NCBI GenBank assembly: GCA_965218785.1
Contig: OZ244650.1
Span: forward strand, 320,001-384,000
Length of the DNA: 64,000 nucleotides
Reading direction: 5' to 3'
Source of the DNA: Nitrosopumilus sp.
GTDB lineage: Archaea; Thermoproteota; Nitrososphaeria; Nitrososphaerales; Nitrosopumilaceae
Shown: positions 42,375 through 52,129 of the stretch, one piece after another
Layout of the letters: every line of letters begins with the position of its first letter
How positions within the stretch are numbered: the first letter of the stretch is position 1
Position numbers and translations under genes: made by a program
The notes under the pieces: generated by a model
What the model was told of the DNA's origin: nothing
The model's input: the letters and a program-made list of their open reading frames with translations, nothing else
Databases searched by the model: none

Positions 42375-43694
42375 TTATCCACACTTTGGACACTGCCCAC
42401 CCAGATATGCCTCATCACAGGTACGGCACTTTGTTATTTTCTTGATCATATCTAGTACCCCAGCATCTTTTAGCTTTTCTGCGAGCTCAAACAACTCTTT
42501 GAACTCGTTTCTCTTCTTGATGTTCTCTGCTGACTTGTGCTTTTGACCCTTGCGTGTGGTTCTCCCAGATTCATCAAGCTCTGCTCTGAGTCGTCCCGTA
42601 TCAGATATCGTAAGAAATGGTATGGCCTTTTGATACTCTGCAAACCGCTCAAAGTCTTCTTCGACATACCTCTCATAGTTTTTCTCAAGACCCACCTTGT
42701 GACCCATCATGTCCTCCTTGTCCAGATAGTTTACCTTGGCACGACGAAGCATCGTGTTAAAGTATTTTCTAAATCCGTGATCCAGTTTTACAGTGTGTCG
42801 CTTTCTTCCGGGCGGAAGTGGAGGTCTGAGACCTACGTTTGTTGCAAGTATATCTACCCGTTTTCTCACACCTGGATGCTGTAGTCTCTTTACTGTGATA
42901 CCTTTGATTCCCCTTAGCAGCGGGTCTGTTGGTTGGGGATACTCTGAAAGATCATTCTTCCATTTTTCCCTGTATGCCCAGAGGTAGTCACATGCCTCCG
43001 GTGTGATAAACGTCCAGTAACTCTCAGGATCCCCGCGATACACCATCAATCCTGCACCCTTGAACCTGCCGTTGCCGTCCCCTTCATCTTTTTCTTCTCT
43101 GAACCAGACTACATCCTGCCATGTAAAATAACTCCATGCCTCTACCCTGAATCCGGCAGATGAGAACATGGTGAGTATCACCTTGTCTGCAAGATCGTGT
43201 GCAACTAAGAGCATCTTTTGTATCTCCTCACGCGTGTATGCCCTGTCTTGTGCGTTTACGGGTCGCGGATACATGTGGTAGAGGCGCTTCCAATGGATTG
43301 CGACATCGTTTGTATCTAACAGCATCTTGATCGGCTTGATATAATTTGGAACCGTATTAGGACTTTTTTTGCCCTGTTCGACTTGCGATATGTGATACTT
43401 TATGTATTCGGCGATGATGTTGGTGCAGATTTTGCCGCTGTTTGCAGCCAGGGTCACAAAGCACTCTGCCTTGGATTCTACCGTATTTGTTGGAACAGGA
43501 CTATTCAGATCCCTGTATATCTTTTCAGTTATCTCATCTAGAAACATCCGGAGGTGCCTGACGTAATATCTTCTGGTTTCGGCGGTTTTTATGCCATCGA
43601 GGAATCTCTGATATGGTATCCCCTTCTCAGATATTGCGTTTAAATCTAGGTTTAACATCCGTATTTTACTCTCTGGGTCTGATTTAAGGCGCAT
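42375..43694 (-). CDS. Tyrosine recombinase/integrase with C-terminal Zn ribbon
   Basis: SAGFR, HGFRKYF, MGH, ERY catalytic pattern; CRTC..CPKC. Confidence 0.92.
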   Translation of the reverse strand: MRLKSDPESKIRMLNLDLNAISEKGIPYQRFLDGIKTAETRRYYVRHLRMFLDEITEKIYRDLNSPVPTNTVESKAECFVTLAANSGKICTNIIAEYIKYHISQVEQGKKSPNTVPNYIKPIKMLLDTNDVAIHWKRLYHMYPRPVNAQDRAYTREEIQKMLLVAHDLADKVILTMFSSAGFRVEAWSYFTWQDVVWFREEKDEGDGNGRFKGAGLMVYRGDPESYWTFITPEACDYLWAYREKWKNDLSEYPQPTDPLLRGIKGITVKRLQHPGVRKRVDILATNVGLRPPLPPGRKRHTVKLDHGFRKYFNTMLRRAKVNYLDKEDMMGHKVGLEKNYERYVEEDFERFAEYQKAIPFLTISDTGRLRAELDESGRTTRKGQKHKSAENIKKRNEFKELFELAEKLKDAGVLDMIKKITKCRTCDEAYLGGQCPKCG

Positions 43695-43699
43695 ATAGC

Positions 43700-43713
43700 A
43701 ACGGGTCTAGAGG
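43700..43713. repeat. att repeat of tRNA-Lys 3' end
   Basis: Identical to 53507-53520. Confidence 0.9.
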
Positions 43714-43927
43714 TTGTCGCAGCCACAGTGGATGCGGGTCTGCTTTGTAATAATGATGATGATGACAGAGGCGATTGGAACGCCTACAATATTCCTACAT
43801 TATTTTTTATTCTATTAGATATTATCATGAAAGTCATATGTTGATTTTGATCGATATTAATTATGACCAAAATGATCAGTATTATGAATAAAAGTTAATT
43901 TATTCTGTCAACTAATCATCCGTAATA

Positions 43928-44902
43928 ATGATAAACATAAGAATTGACAAAGGCATACGGCATGGAAGTTTTAATATAAATGGAATCAATGGTAGCTTCC
44001 CAACTCAAATGATAACTAGTCGAAATCTAAACCATGCCAAAAATATGTATTTTGAGCCCTTTGATTTTAAGACTAAAATTGTGGAAATTATAGAGCATTG
44101 TCCAAAAAAACTTGTAAATGATGAAGCATATAGAAAAAGACGAACTGAGCAAATCTCAAAGATTATTCAAAAACATCATCATGAGTATTTCTTTATGCTT
44201 GTACTAGGTGGTATTAAATCATCTTCTCTTAAATTTACTAAGAATAATAATGAGATTTTAATTGATTTTCAAAAAAAATGTGGTTTTTCATTCATTAAGA
44301 TATTCTTTAAAAATACAAACAATGCAAAAGAATATGATCATTATCGAACATTGATTCCTAGAGGTAAATTTATTGCTGTTCTAGATGAAAATATGCCACA
44401 TAACACTTTCACATCATTGTATATGAAATGTCTGAATAACAAAGATGAGATAGTCGGATTTTTTGGAAGAGAACCAAGTAAAAATAAAAAACTCATTAAC
44501 AATATGCTGAATTTCATATTCATAAAAAATAGACCATACGATAAAATTTTGAGAGTGTCTTCATTCACATCCAAATCAGTTAACTCTATAGTACTTTCAT
44601 TGATTCTAAACATCTATGGATTTGATGCATTTTCATTTCGTTCAAATAGATTACCATCACCCAAAAAGAATTATCCATTAAAAGCATTATCTGGTCTCCG
44701 TTATGTTGAACTAGTAAGCCATACTAAACTTGTTTGTGCAATAACAATGAAAAATCTTTATCAATCATCACAAGAATTTGGCATAAAATTTGGAAATACA
44801 ACTGTGCCACCAACAACACATGACATAGTTAGATTAAATGAACAGTTTCAAAAATTACACAAAAAATACACTAGAAAATTATTGGAAGATATGATTAAAT
44901 GA
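43928..44902 (+). CDS. Hypothetical protein, possibly a divergent TGT-like TIM barrel
   Basis: IRHGSFNING..FP start, YGFDAFS and THDIVRLN in TGT-like order; AT-rich. Confidence 0.55.
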   Translation: MINIRIDKGIRHGSFNINGINGSFPTQMITSRNLNHAKNMYFEPFDFKTKIVEIIEHCPKKLVNDEAYRKRRTEQISKIIQKHHHEYFFMLVLGGIKSSSLKFTKNNNEILIDFQKKCGFSFIKIFFKNTNNAKEYDHYRTLIPRGKFIAVLDENMPHNTFTSLYMKCLNNKDEIVGFFGREPSKNKKLINNMLNFIFIKNRPYDKILRVSSFTSKSVNSIVLSLILNIYGFDAFSFRSNRLPSPKKNYPLKALSGLRYVELVSHTKLVCAITMKNLYQSSQEFGIKFGNTTVPPTTHDIVRLNEQFQKLHKKYTRKLLEDMIK

Positions 44903-44908
44903 ATAAGA

Positions 44909-45133
44909 CTAACAGTTGTCTTTGATTGTATTGTAATATATTTTCAAACCAATACTAAAGCCATCCTGACAAATTTTTTCTGCTCTATTACCTAGAATTT
45001 TTATTAACGCCTTGTTAAAATGCACACAATCGTCTATCTCGCAATTACATTTTTTATGTTCATTAAAATAATTTCTGAATCTATTAAAATCTTGTTCTAG
45101 TGTATCTGCTTCTACACTCCATTTTTTTTCCAT
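44909..45133 (-). CDS. Hypothetical protein
   Basis: 74-aa ATG ORF with Cys/His cluster. Confidence 0.45.
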   Translation of the reverse strand: MEKKWSVEADTLEQDFNRFRNYFNEHKKCNCEIDDCVHFNKALIKILGNRAEKICQDGFSIGLKIYYNTIKDNC

Positions 45134-45253
45134 AAATTCAATTTCATAAGTCAGGATCTTGTTAGGCGGTAACTAACTGTTTATGGATCATATTGATCTA
45201 TTTTAATTGACAAAAAGTAATCGTAGAAATTAGTAAATTATGATTTGTCCTTT

Positions 45254-48103
45254 CTATCTATCTTTTCTGCATTTTCTACACCATGATTGTGGTCTAGTGA
45301 TCCCATCCATATTCCTAAACCCAAACCCCGTCTCAATCTTCTGTCGTGATTGAGCCATCTTACCACATTTGGGACATTTGGCATACTCGTTTGCTGACAC
45401 TTGAGTCTTGTTGTGCTTGTCAATTATTCCTCGAACTTCACTTGGATGGAACGCAACATCCCACGTCCAGGTTCCATAGTTGCCGTCCTCGTTTACCACA
45501 TCTATCCATTCCTCCAGATATCTGCGCTTTTCCTTGTTCTGATTGTCATCAATTCCTTTGATCTCAAGAACCAGCGTTACGTTGTTCTTTAATCGAATCA
45601 GAAAATCTGGATAATAATCATGCAGTATTCCGTTATACAGATATCTTATGACAAACCCGATATGATCGTTTTTGACCCATGAGACCACGTTTTTGTTTCT
45701 CTCCAGTTCTTGTCCTGCACCTATCTCCCATCCTGAATCATATACTGCCAGATTGATGTGAGATTTTGTCGTATATTCTGCAGGCTTTTTTGTGTACCAG
45801 GGACGCATGTCTGATGTTGATTTGATGGATTTGTTTGGGTTTAGATGAATACATCTCTTCTCTATATTAGAGTCAGTTATACTCTTGCAGACATGGGATA
45901 CGATCTTTTGCATGTTGAATAGAAGGGTCATTCTTGTCCGCAGTTCATCATCAGATACGTCTACGACGTTGATCTTGTCTGAATGGATGAATTCCTCTAC
46001 AAGTCTTATGACCTGTATGAGAAGAAACTCCCTGTTTCCCTTCCAACTCAGAGACATGCTATCATAGACGTCCTTTGCTGCAACAAAGACTATCCGTTGC
46101 AGTCTTATCTCTTTGTTTAGCTCGTATAGATCAATCTCTGACATTTTATCCACATGTGGTTTTCCTGCAAGAATCTGGGCCATCCCAACTGTTGTGGCAA
46201 TACCGTCGCTTCGTATCTCCAACGGCTCTATCTTTTCCCAGTCCACTGCAAGTTGTGGAAGAAAATCCACGTCAATTCGGTCTATGTTTGGCCACGAGAT
46301 TTTATGCTCTAATTTTTCAGGATCCGAAGCTATAAGCGTAGTGGAAGATGTAGGTGGTGGTGTGCCGTCTCCCCCTTCATGAGGCAGAAACGTAAACGGC
46401 ACTCCAAATATGTTGACATACTCTGGAGAATACAGACCAGTCTCCGAATCAATCTCATAGGATGTCCTCCGCAGTCCCCTGCCCACTACCTGTTCACACA
46501 ATAACTGACTGGAAAACGCCCTCAGCCCCATGATGTGTGTGACGTTTTTTGCATCCCAGCCTTCAGATAACATCTGCACTGCGATTATGTTTCTTATCTG
46601 CTCACCTGGTTTTCCTATCTTGCCTACTGTATCCACCTTTTCTCTTAGAGATTCTGCCTCATCAGATGTGCTTCCGGCTGATTCTTTTTCCTCTGCCTTG
46701 TTCATCGTAGTCGAATCTATGTGCAGCAGGTGTTCTGCATCTGAAAGTTGTTCCAGACCAAATCCGTTTTTCTCAAACGAATACATGATTCGTGCGGCAG
46801 TCTGTGTTTTGTTGCATACGGTAATCATGACTGGTGGAATCTTTGATTCTTGTTTATCCCAAAGCTTTTTTGTCTCAATCCAGTCCTGACCCAGAAGAAA
46901 ATATGCGTTTGATATCAGATCTGGCAATTTTTCATGTGGTTTTGCGTTTCTGTTGAGATCCGGTTTGACCTCGTCGTCTCTATACAGATGATAGAATCTG
47001 GAGCGATATTCCTTTGAGAATCTTCCACCATCGTCTCTGATTGCAATTCTCGGGGTCTTGGTCAGACCAGACTCGATTGCATCATTTAGTGAAAAATCAG
47101 ACACTATCCACTCAAACAGTGTGTCCTCTGTCACGTTTTTACCAGACGGTATAAACGGGGTTGCTGAAAAATCAAAGCAGTGTGTGATGTTTCTTGCTTT
47201 GTGTATTTTGTCCAGTCCTTCAATCCAGCGCTTGTCCCGTTCAAGATCCTTTTGTGAGATATTTGTAGCCTGATCTGCATTTGCCCGGTATGCATGGTGT
47301 GCCTCATCGTTTATGACGATGATGTTGTTATAGTCGTGTCCTAGTATTCTTTTTGCAAAGACACCGTCGCTTTCAGGACCCAGTTTTACCACACTTCTTG
47401 CAGCATCTGTCTCAGACATCAGGGTATGCCAGTTGTGTAGGCTGAATCTGCCCTGAAACAATCTCTCATAAAACGGTTCTGGCACTATACCAAACAAATC
47501 ATAGAAATTATCCTCGTTGGTTGGATACAGTACCCGCAGCCTTGACTTTACGGTCAGTCCAGGTGCCATGATCAGAATGTTCTTTGAGAATCGTACATCC
47601 TGCGGATTTGTTACCTTGTTGATTATCTGCCATGCAATCATCATTGCCATTACTACTGTCTTACCTGTTCCAGTTGCCATTTTACAGCACAGTCTCTGAA
47701 ACAATCCCCCGTCTGAGGGAATGTGTATTCCCTGTTTTTCTGCATCCGATGCCTCAACTAGCCAGATCAGAGTCTCCATTGCCTCCAGCTGGCAGTAAAA
47801 GAACTGGTTTTCCCGCAGGTCCTTGTTTTTCCAGAATTGGAGCAGTTGTCTTGTTACTCCCGTTACATCTGGATAGTCTCTTTCTCTCCAGTCATCGACT
47901 CTTTGGCGTATCCTGTTTACCAATTTAAGCTCCCGAAACTCTCCTGGATCATCAAATGACTTGCTGTCCTGTGATGCAATGAGGAATCCTGCAGGTCTTC
48001 TTCCCGGAGTCAGATCGAATTTTCTTTTTGTGCGGTCATACTTCCAGTGCTGGGATGGTTTTTCATATGGATTGCATACTATAAGATTTTTAATTCCAGA
48101 CAT
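45254..48103 (-). CDS. res: Type III restriction endonuclease subunit
   Basis: MATGTGKT, NDEAHH, FSATP, SEGWD, QVVGRGLR; YPDF...LEIKG nuclease; C-terminal Zn ribbon. Confidence 0.95.
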   Translation of the reverse strand: MSGIKNLIVCNPYEKPSQHWKYDRTKRKFDLTPGRRPAGFLIASQDSKSFDDPGEFRELKLVNRIRQRVDDWRERDYPDVTGVTRQLLQFWKNKDLRENQFFYCQLEAMETLIWLVEASDAEKQGIHIPSDGGLFQRLCCKMATGTGKTVVMAMMIAWQIINKVTNPQDVRFSKNILIMAPGLTVKSRLRVLYPTNEDNFYDLFGIVPEPFYERLFQGRFSLHNWHTLMSETDAARSVVKLGPESDGVFAKRILGHDYNNIIVINDEAHHAYRANADQATNISQKDLERDKRWIEGLDKIHKARNITHCFDFSATPFIPSGKNVTEDTLFEWIVSDFSLNDAIESGLTKTPRIAIRDDGGRFSKEYRSRFYHLYRDDEVKPDLNRNAKPHEKLPDLISNAYFLLGQDWIETKKLWDKQESKIPPVMITVCNKTQTAARIMYSFEKNGFGLEQLSDAEHLLHIDSTTMNKAEEKESAGSTSDEAESLREKVDTVGKIGKPGEQIRNIIAVQMLSEGWDAKNVTHIMGLRAFSSQLLCEQVVGRGLRRTSYEIDSETGLYSPEYVNIFGVPFTFLPHEGGDGTPPPTSSTTLIASDPEKLEHKISWPNIDRIDVDFLPQLAVDWEKIEPLEIRSDGIATTVGMAQILAGKPHVDKMSEIDLYELNKEIRLQRIVFVAAKDVYDSMSLSWKGNREFLLIQVIRLVEEFIHSDKINVVDVSDDELRTRMTLLFNMQKIVSHVCKSITDSNIEKRCIHLNPNKSIKSTSDMRPWYTKKPAEYTTKSHINLAVYDSGWEIGAGQELERNKNVVSWVKNDHIGFVIRYLYNGILHDYYPDFLIRLKNNVTLVLEIKGIDDNQNKEKRRYLEEWIDVVNEDGNYGTWTWDVAFHPSEVRGIIDKHNKTQVSANEYAKCPKCGKMAQSRQKIETGFGFRNMDGITRPQSWCRKCRKDR

Positions 48104-50649
48104 TATTCAAGCCCGATGATCTTTAGGGATTCAATTCCACGGTCGTCGATTATTTTTACAGCTACTCTCTTGTTGGGACCTGCCTCAAACGGGATTGATT
48201 CTGTTCCATGATATTTTTCAATTAATTCTTCATCAATCTTAGATTGTAGTGTCTTTGCAAGTTTTGTCCAACCCCCAGTATTTCCCTCCATTGGAAAGAA
48301 CACCTGTTGCGGATAGACGCTTCTGCCGTCATAATCTTTATCTAGCATCCACATTGCAATCTTGGAAGCACTTCCTGATTCAACTTCACCGGTTCTTGTA
48401 TTGTAATAGTCAAAGCCGTTTACTGTTATGATGTATCTTTTATCTTTGGTTTTTTTCAGTTCAACATCGGGTTGACCCATAAGCCAGAATGATTCATTGC
48501 TTGAGCGTTTCTTTTTTAGATCCTGTGTTAAAAGATCCTTGTTCATCTCGACTTGTAGTATGGTAACATTAGGCCAATTTGTTTTTTCAATGTCTTTTGC
48601 AGCTTCAGGATCAAATTGCATTGCAGCAAAGATTATCATCTTGGGTTTTGGAATTAATGATTGCGCTTCTTCTAATGCCAATGCAACCTGACGTTGTTCT
48701 AGTGGAGCATGTTCAGGACCAAAGGATATCATTACACGTTTTGGTTTGTCTTCTTTTGTCTCAGCATCTGCATGAAGCCATTTAGTTGCAGGATGTGTTT
48801 CTACTTTGATAAATTCAATTTTTTGTTTATTTTTGCCACGTATTCCTGTCTTGGATAATTCTTCCCGCCATTGTTCTTGATGTGAAATTTGGAATGTTAA
48901 CGTATTTGTACTGAAATGTTCTTCAGACAAGATATCTAATGATTTTACAGTTGGAGATGGAACCGCCTCTACTGTAAATGGTCCGGTTATTCTAATTTTA
49001 TTTTTTTGTATAAACGGCTGATCATATAGTGTCTCTGTTTGCGGTGGTTCATTGTTAGCAATAGAGCCTAGTGTAATGTGTGGAACTGTCTTATATTCAA
49101 ACCCCGATGATATTCCTTCTTGTGGTTTATTCAATTGATAATAGTCAAATTTGGATGTCATCAATCTTTGTTTGGTTAATGCTATTGCAATTCGTGAGGT
49201 ATCACATGTGATCCAGCGTCGTCCCCACTGTTCTGCAACATATGCTGTTGTTCCAGAACCGCAAGTTGGATCAAGAACAATATCGCCTGGATCTGTTGTC
49301 ATCAATAGACATCTAGAAATTACTTTTGTCGAAGTTTGTACTGCAAAAATTTTCCCAAATTCACCTTGAGTATCATACCATATATTGTTTAATTCTGAAA
49401 CTGGATAGTCATCAAAATATCGTATATAATTAAGAGTATTACCAGGTGCAATTAACCTTCCTGCTTTCTCTAGACTATTCATGCCTTTCTTATTTGTTTG
49501 CCAACTTCTTCCTTTAACAGGATTAAATTTTTTCCCTTCAAATTCATATTCAAAAAACGTGCTATCTGAATATGCCATTGCTGAAAGTTTGTCGCCAATA
49601 AAAATTTTAGAGTCTATAGGCAAAAGATGAGGATTTATTTTTTCTTCATTTTTTAATGGTCTTCTACTTCCATCTGGAAATTCGACCCAATTGTATCTGC
49701 TATCTAAATTCATTGTTTTCTCAATGAAAATTGTATGAAACTTTGTCTTTTTCTTATCTTTTGCATACCATAAAATATAATCTGTTACTTGAGGAATGAA
49801 AACAGAAGTTATAACCCCTCTAGTTCTAAAATCAATAATGCTAATAAAATTTTGTGGCTTAAATATCTCATCTAAAATTTCTTTTACATGATGTAAATTT
49901 TCACTGGAAATCTGTACAAAAACACTACCACTTTCAGTAAGTAATTTTTGTGACAACAATAATCTATTTCTCAAATATCCCAAATAGGAATGAATTCCAA
50001 GCTCCCAGGTATCCCTGAACGCTTTTATCATTTCAGGTTCTTGTGTTAAATCTTCATCTTTACCATCCTTGACATCTCGTTTGTTTACAAACGGCTGAAA
50101 ATTTGAACCATATTTGATTCCATATGGAGGATCTATGTATATCATCTGCACCTTGCCTCCCATTCCTTCTTTTTCTAACAGTGAATTCATTACCAAAAGG
50201 GAATCTCCAGCAATCAGTCTGTTTGACCAGTTGTGTTCATGTTTGTAAAACTCTATGGCATCTCGTAATGGCGGATTATTCTCAGGTGTTTCAAAATAAT
50301 TAAACATGGTTGCCTGCTGTGCTATTTGTGGCTTCATTGCTTTTTCCAGAATAGTATGTGGATCAATTCTCTCATGGACATGCAAGGAGACGGTATCTAC
50401 CTCAAATTCGGAATTTTCTGTTTTCCCAGACCACTGTAATTGCGGATCAAGTCGCGGATTATACGTGTATTTCTTGCTTGGCTGATCGGGATCAGTTCCA
50501 GGAGTGACCAGCCCCACAGGAGGATTGTTTGGTCTTTTTGCATCTCCATGAGTATATTGATTGACTGTCTTTTTTTCCGACTTTAATTTGCTTTTTGAAC
50601 GATTGATTTTCTTCTTCAACACCCTCTTTGGCAAATTTATAGGACACAA
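48103..50649 (-). CDS. mod: Type III R-M N6-adenine methyltransferase
   Basis: IYIDPPY, LDPTCGSGTT, VKIIDDRGIES; TAATG coupling to res; start uncertain. Confidence 0.95.
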   Translation of the reverse strand: MCPINLPKRVLKKKINRSKSKLKSEKKTVNQYTHGDAKRPNNPPVGLVTPGTDPDQPSKKYTYNPRLDPQLQWSGKTENSEFEVDTVSLHVHERIDPHTILEKAMKPQIAQQATMFNYFETPENNPPLRDAIEFYKHEHNWSNRLIAGDSLLVMNSLLEKEGMGGKVQMIYIDPPYGIKYGSNFQPFVNKRDVKDGKDEDLTQEPEMIKAFRDTWELGIHSYLGYLRNRLLLSQKLLTESGSVFVQISSENLHHVKEILDEIFKPQNFISIIDFRTRGVITSVFIPQVTDYILWYAKDKKKTKFHTIFIEKTMNLDSRYNWVEFPDGSRRPLKNEEKINPHLLPIDSKIFIGDKLSAMAYSDSTFFEYEFEGKKFNPVKGRSWQTNKKGMNSLEKAGRLIAPGNTLNYIRYFDDYPVSELNNIWYDTQGEFGKIFAVQTSTKVISRCLLMTTDPGDIVLDPTCGSGTTAYVAEQWGRRWITCDTSRIAIALTKQRLMTSKFDYYQLNKPQEGISSGFEYKTVPHITLGSIANNEPPQTETLYDQPFIQKNKIRITGPFTVEAVPSPTVKSLDILSEEHFSTNTLTFQISHQEQWREELSKTGIRGKNKQKIEFIKVETHPATKWLHADAETKEDKPKRVMISFGPEHAPLEQRQVALALEEAQSLIPKPKMIIFAAMQFDPEAAKDIEKTNWPNVTILQVEMNKDLLTQDLKKKRSSNESFWLMGQPDVELKKTKDKRYIITVNGFDYYNTRTGEVESGSASKIAMWMLDKDYDGRSVYPQQVFFPMEGNTGGWTKLAKTLQSKIDEELIEKYHGTESIPFEAGPNKRVAVKIIDDRGIESLKIIGLE

Positions 50650-50714
50650 ATAATAGTGTTACACTATAAATTTTATGCTTAGAACTTTAGATTAAGAATG
50701 ATACATGCATTGAT

Positions 50715-51032
50715 GTGAACAAGTCAAAATTACCTCATCTCACCTCGATTTTGCGAATATTGGCAAAAAAGGGTGTTTATGATATTTTCTTACACATAAA
50801 AAATCAAGACAGTCTATACTATAACGATGTGTTAAATTATGCGATGAATAATCACATAATCAAAAGTCGTGCATCTGTAACCACCACCCTGAATTCTCTT
50901 ACAGAATATGGATTGCTTGAAAGAAACGTCGTACAAGATAAACCGGTAAGAGTTTGTTATATGGTAAGTGAAAAAGGATACAAAATGATTAGATATCTCA
51001 AAGAAATAGAAAAGATAACCAAAATAAAATAA
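50715..51032 (+). CDS. HxlR-like winged-HTH regulator divergent from mod
   Basis: SRASVTTTLNSLTEYGLLER..PVRVCYMVSEKG. Confidence 0.8.
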   Translation: MNKSKLPHLTSILRILAKKGVYDIFLHIKNQDSLYYNDVLNYAMNNHIIKSRASVTTTLNSLTEYGLLERNVVQDKPVRVCYMVSEKGYKMIRYLKEIEKITKIK

Positions 51033-51174
51033 CAGTAAAATATTCAATCATATAAAAAATAATTAAATTAATACATTTTATTGCACAATCTGTCTAATGT
51101 AGATTAAAAGTCATATTATCTTGTAATTAAAAATCAAGTTATGTAATAAAACATGTTAATTTTATGTATATGAG

Positions 51175-51786
51175 TTAAATAAAAATTTCATAAATTCGCA
51201 AACAATATCCTGTTTTAAATTCTACATCTGATATTTTTTTTATCCTACAATCAATCAGATTTTTTGATGTTTTGGCATATCTTTTGAATGTATCTGAACG
51301 TTCAATATTTTTTTCTTTACATCTGTCAATATACTGTTGATTTACATATGTACTACTTCCATCAAAAAAATCATTTAAGCAATTATTTCTAAAATAATTT
51401 ACCATTTTTTCATCAGCTACATATATTAGAAAACACTTTGAATCGGGAAATTTTATCTTGTATTTTGACATCTTGAATATATCACTAAAAACAGTTCCAG
51501 CCATCATTGGAAAAGGTCTAGTAGTGTTTCCAGTTGACGGTCTATGAAATTTTAATTCAAATACAAATTCAAACCCATGCATTGCTATGCGTAAGTCAAT
51601 CCGTGTGTTAGGTAATTCTAGTGGTGCGTATTCTATGCTTATTTGATCTTGATCGATCTGCACTTTGATAAATGCTTCAATCAACATATCACGAATTATG
51701 TGTTCTGTATTGTGTATCCTGGTTTCAAGTCTATGTTCGAGATTTCTGATAAAATCCTCAAAAACTGGATCGAGATCACTGTTCAT
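51175..51786 (-). CDS. PD-(D/E)XK-family nuclease-like protein
   Basis: TEH...IEY...RIDL...FELKF. Confidence 0.7.
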   Translation of the reverse strand: MNSDLDPVFEDFIRNLEHRLETRIHNTEHIIRDMLIEAFIKVQIDQDQISIEYAPLELPNTRIDLRIAMHGFEFVFELKFHRPSTGNTTRPFPMMAGTVFSDIFKMSKYKIKFPDSKCFLIYVADEKMVNYFRNNCLNDFFDGSSTYVNQQYIDRCKEKNIERSDTFKRYAKTSKNLIDCRIKKISDVEFKTGYCLRIYEIFI

Positions 51787-52061
51787 ATCAATTTACCTAA
51801 TATAGCATCAAGATCTTTTATTCTATTTGATAGATATTTGGATCTTTCTTCTTTTGGAATATATTTTGCACATTCCTGTAAATCCATTATATATTTTGTA
51901 AAAATCTTATCAAAGTTTTTGTCCACAATCTTGGCAGCCTTGCGCAGATTCTGTAAATTCAGATTCTCCAGATCATCCTTTCTTCCAAGAAAATACTGTG
52001 AATTGCCTGCCAGCAGGTACAGATATTCGGTTCCCTGCCGTCTTTTTATGAATATACCCAT
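51783..52061 (-). CDS. Small protein divergent from integrase, candidate directionality factor/regulator
   Basis: IKRRQGTEYLYL..YFLGR beta-rich basic motif; position. Confidence 0.65.
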   Translation of the reverse strand: MGIFIKRRQGTEYLYLLAGNSQYFLGRKDDLENLNLQNLRKAAKIVDKNFDKIFTKYIMDLQECAKYIPKEERSKYLSNRIKDLDAILGKLI

Positions 52062-52071
52062 GATTTATCTG

Positions 52072-52129
52072 TATCATGCTACATGATAAATCTTTAAATA
52101 AAGGTTTGTATCATATAACATGATACAAA
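52072..52129. promoter_or_regulatory. Bidirectional promoter flanked by two related palindromic operators
   Basis: TATCATG-CTA-CATGATA (52072-52088), CTTTAAATAAAG (52092-52103), TTTGTATCAT-N5-ATGATACAAA (52105-52129). Confidence 0.65.

Larger units (their letters stand above)
41505..43713. mobile_element. Reduced integrative element (A) in tandem at the tRNA-Lys att site
   Basis: Integrase starts 6 nt from the att copy at 43700; only a 7-bp GGGTCTA remnant at 41505-41511 marks the left end. Confidence 0.55.

Noticed and set aside
45254-51786. BREX, DISARM or Dpd system call
   Set aside because: Only mod and res are recognisable; no PglZ, BrxC, DrmAB or DpdB-D partners seen
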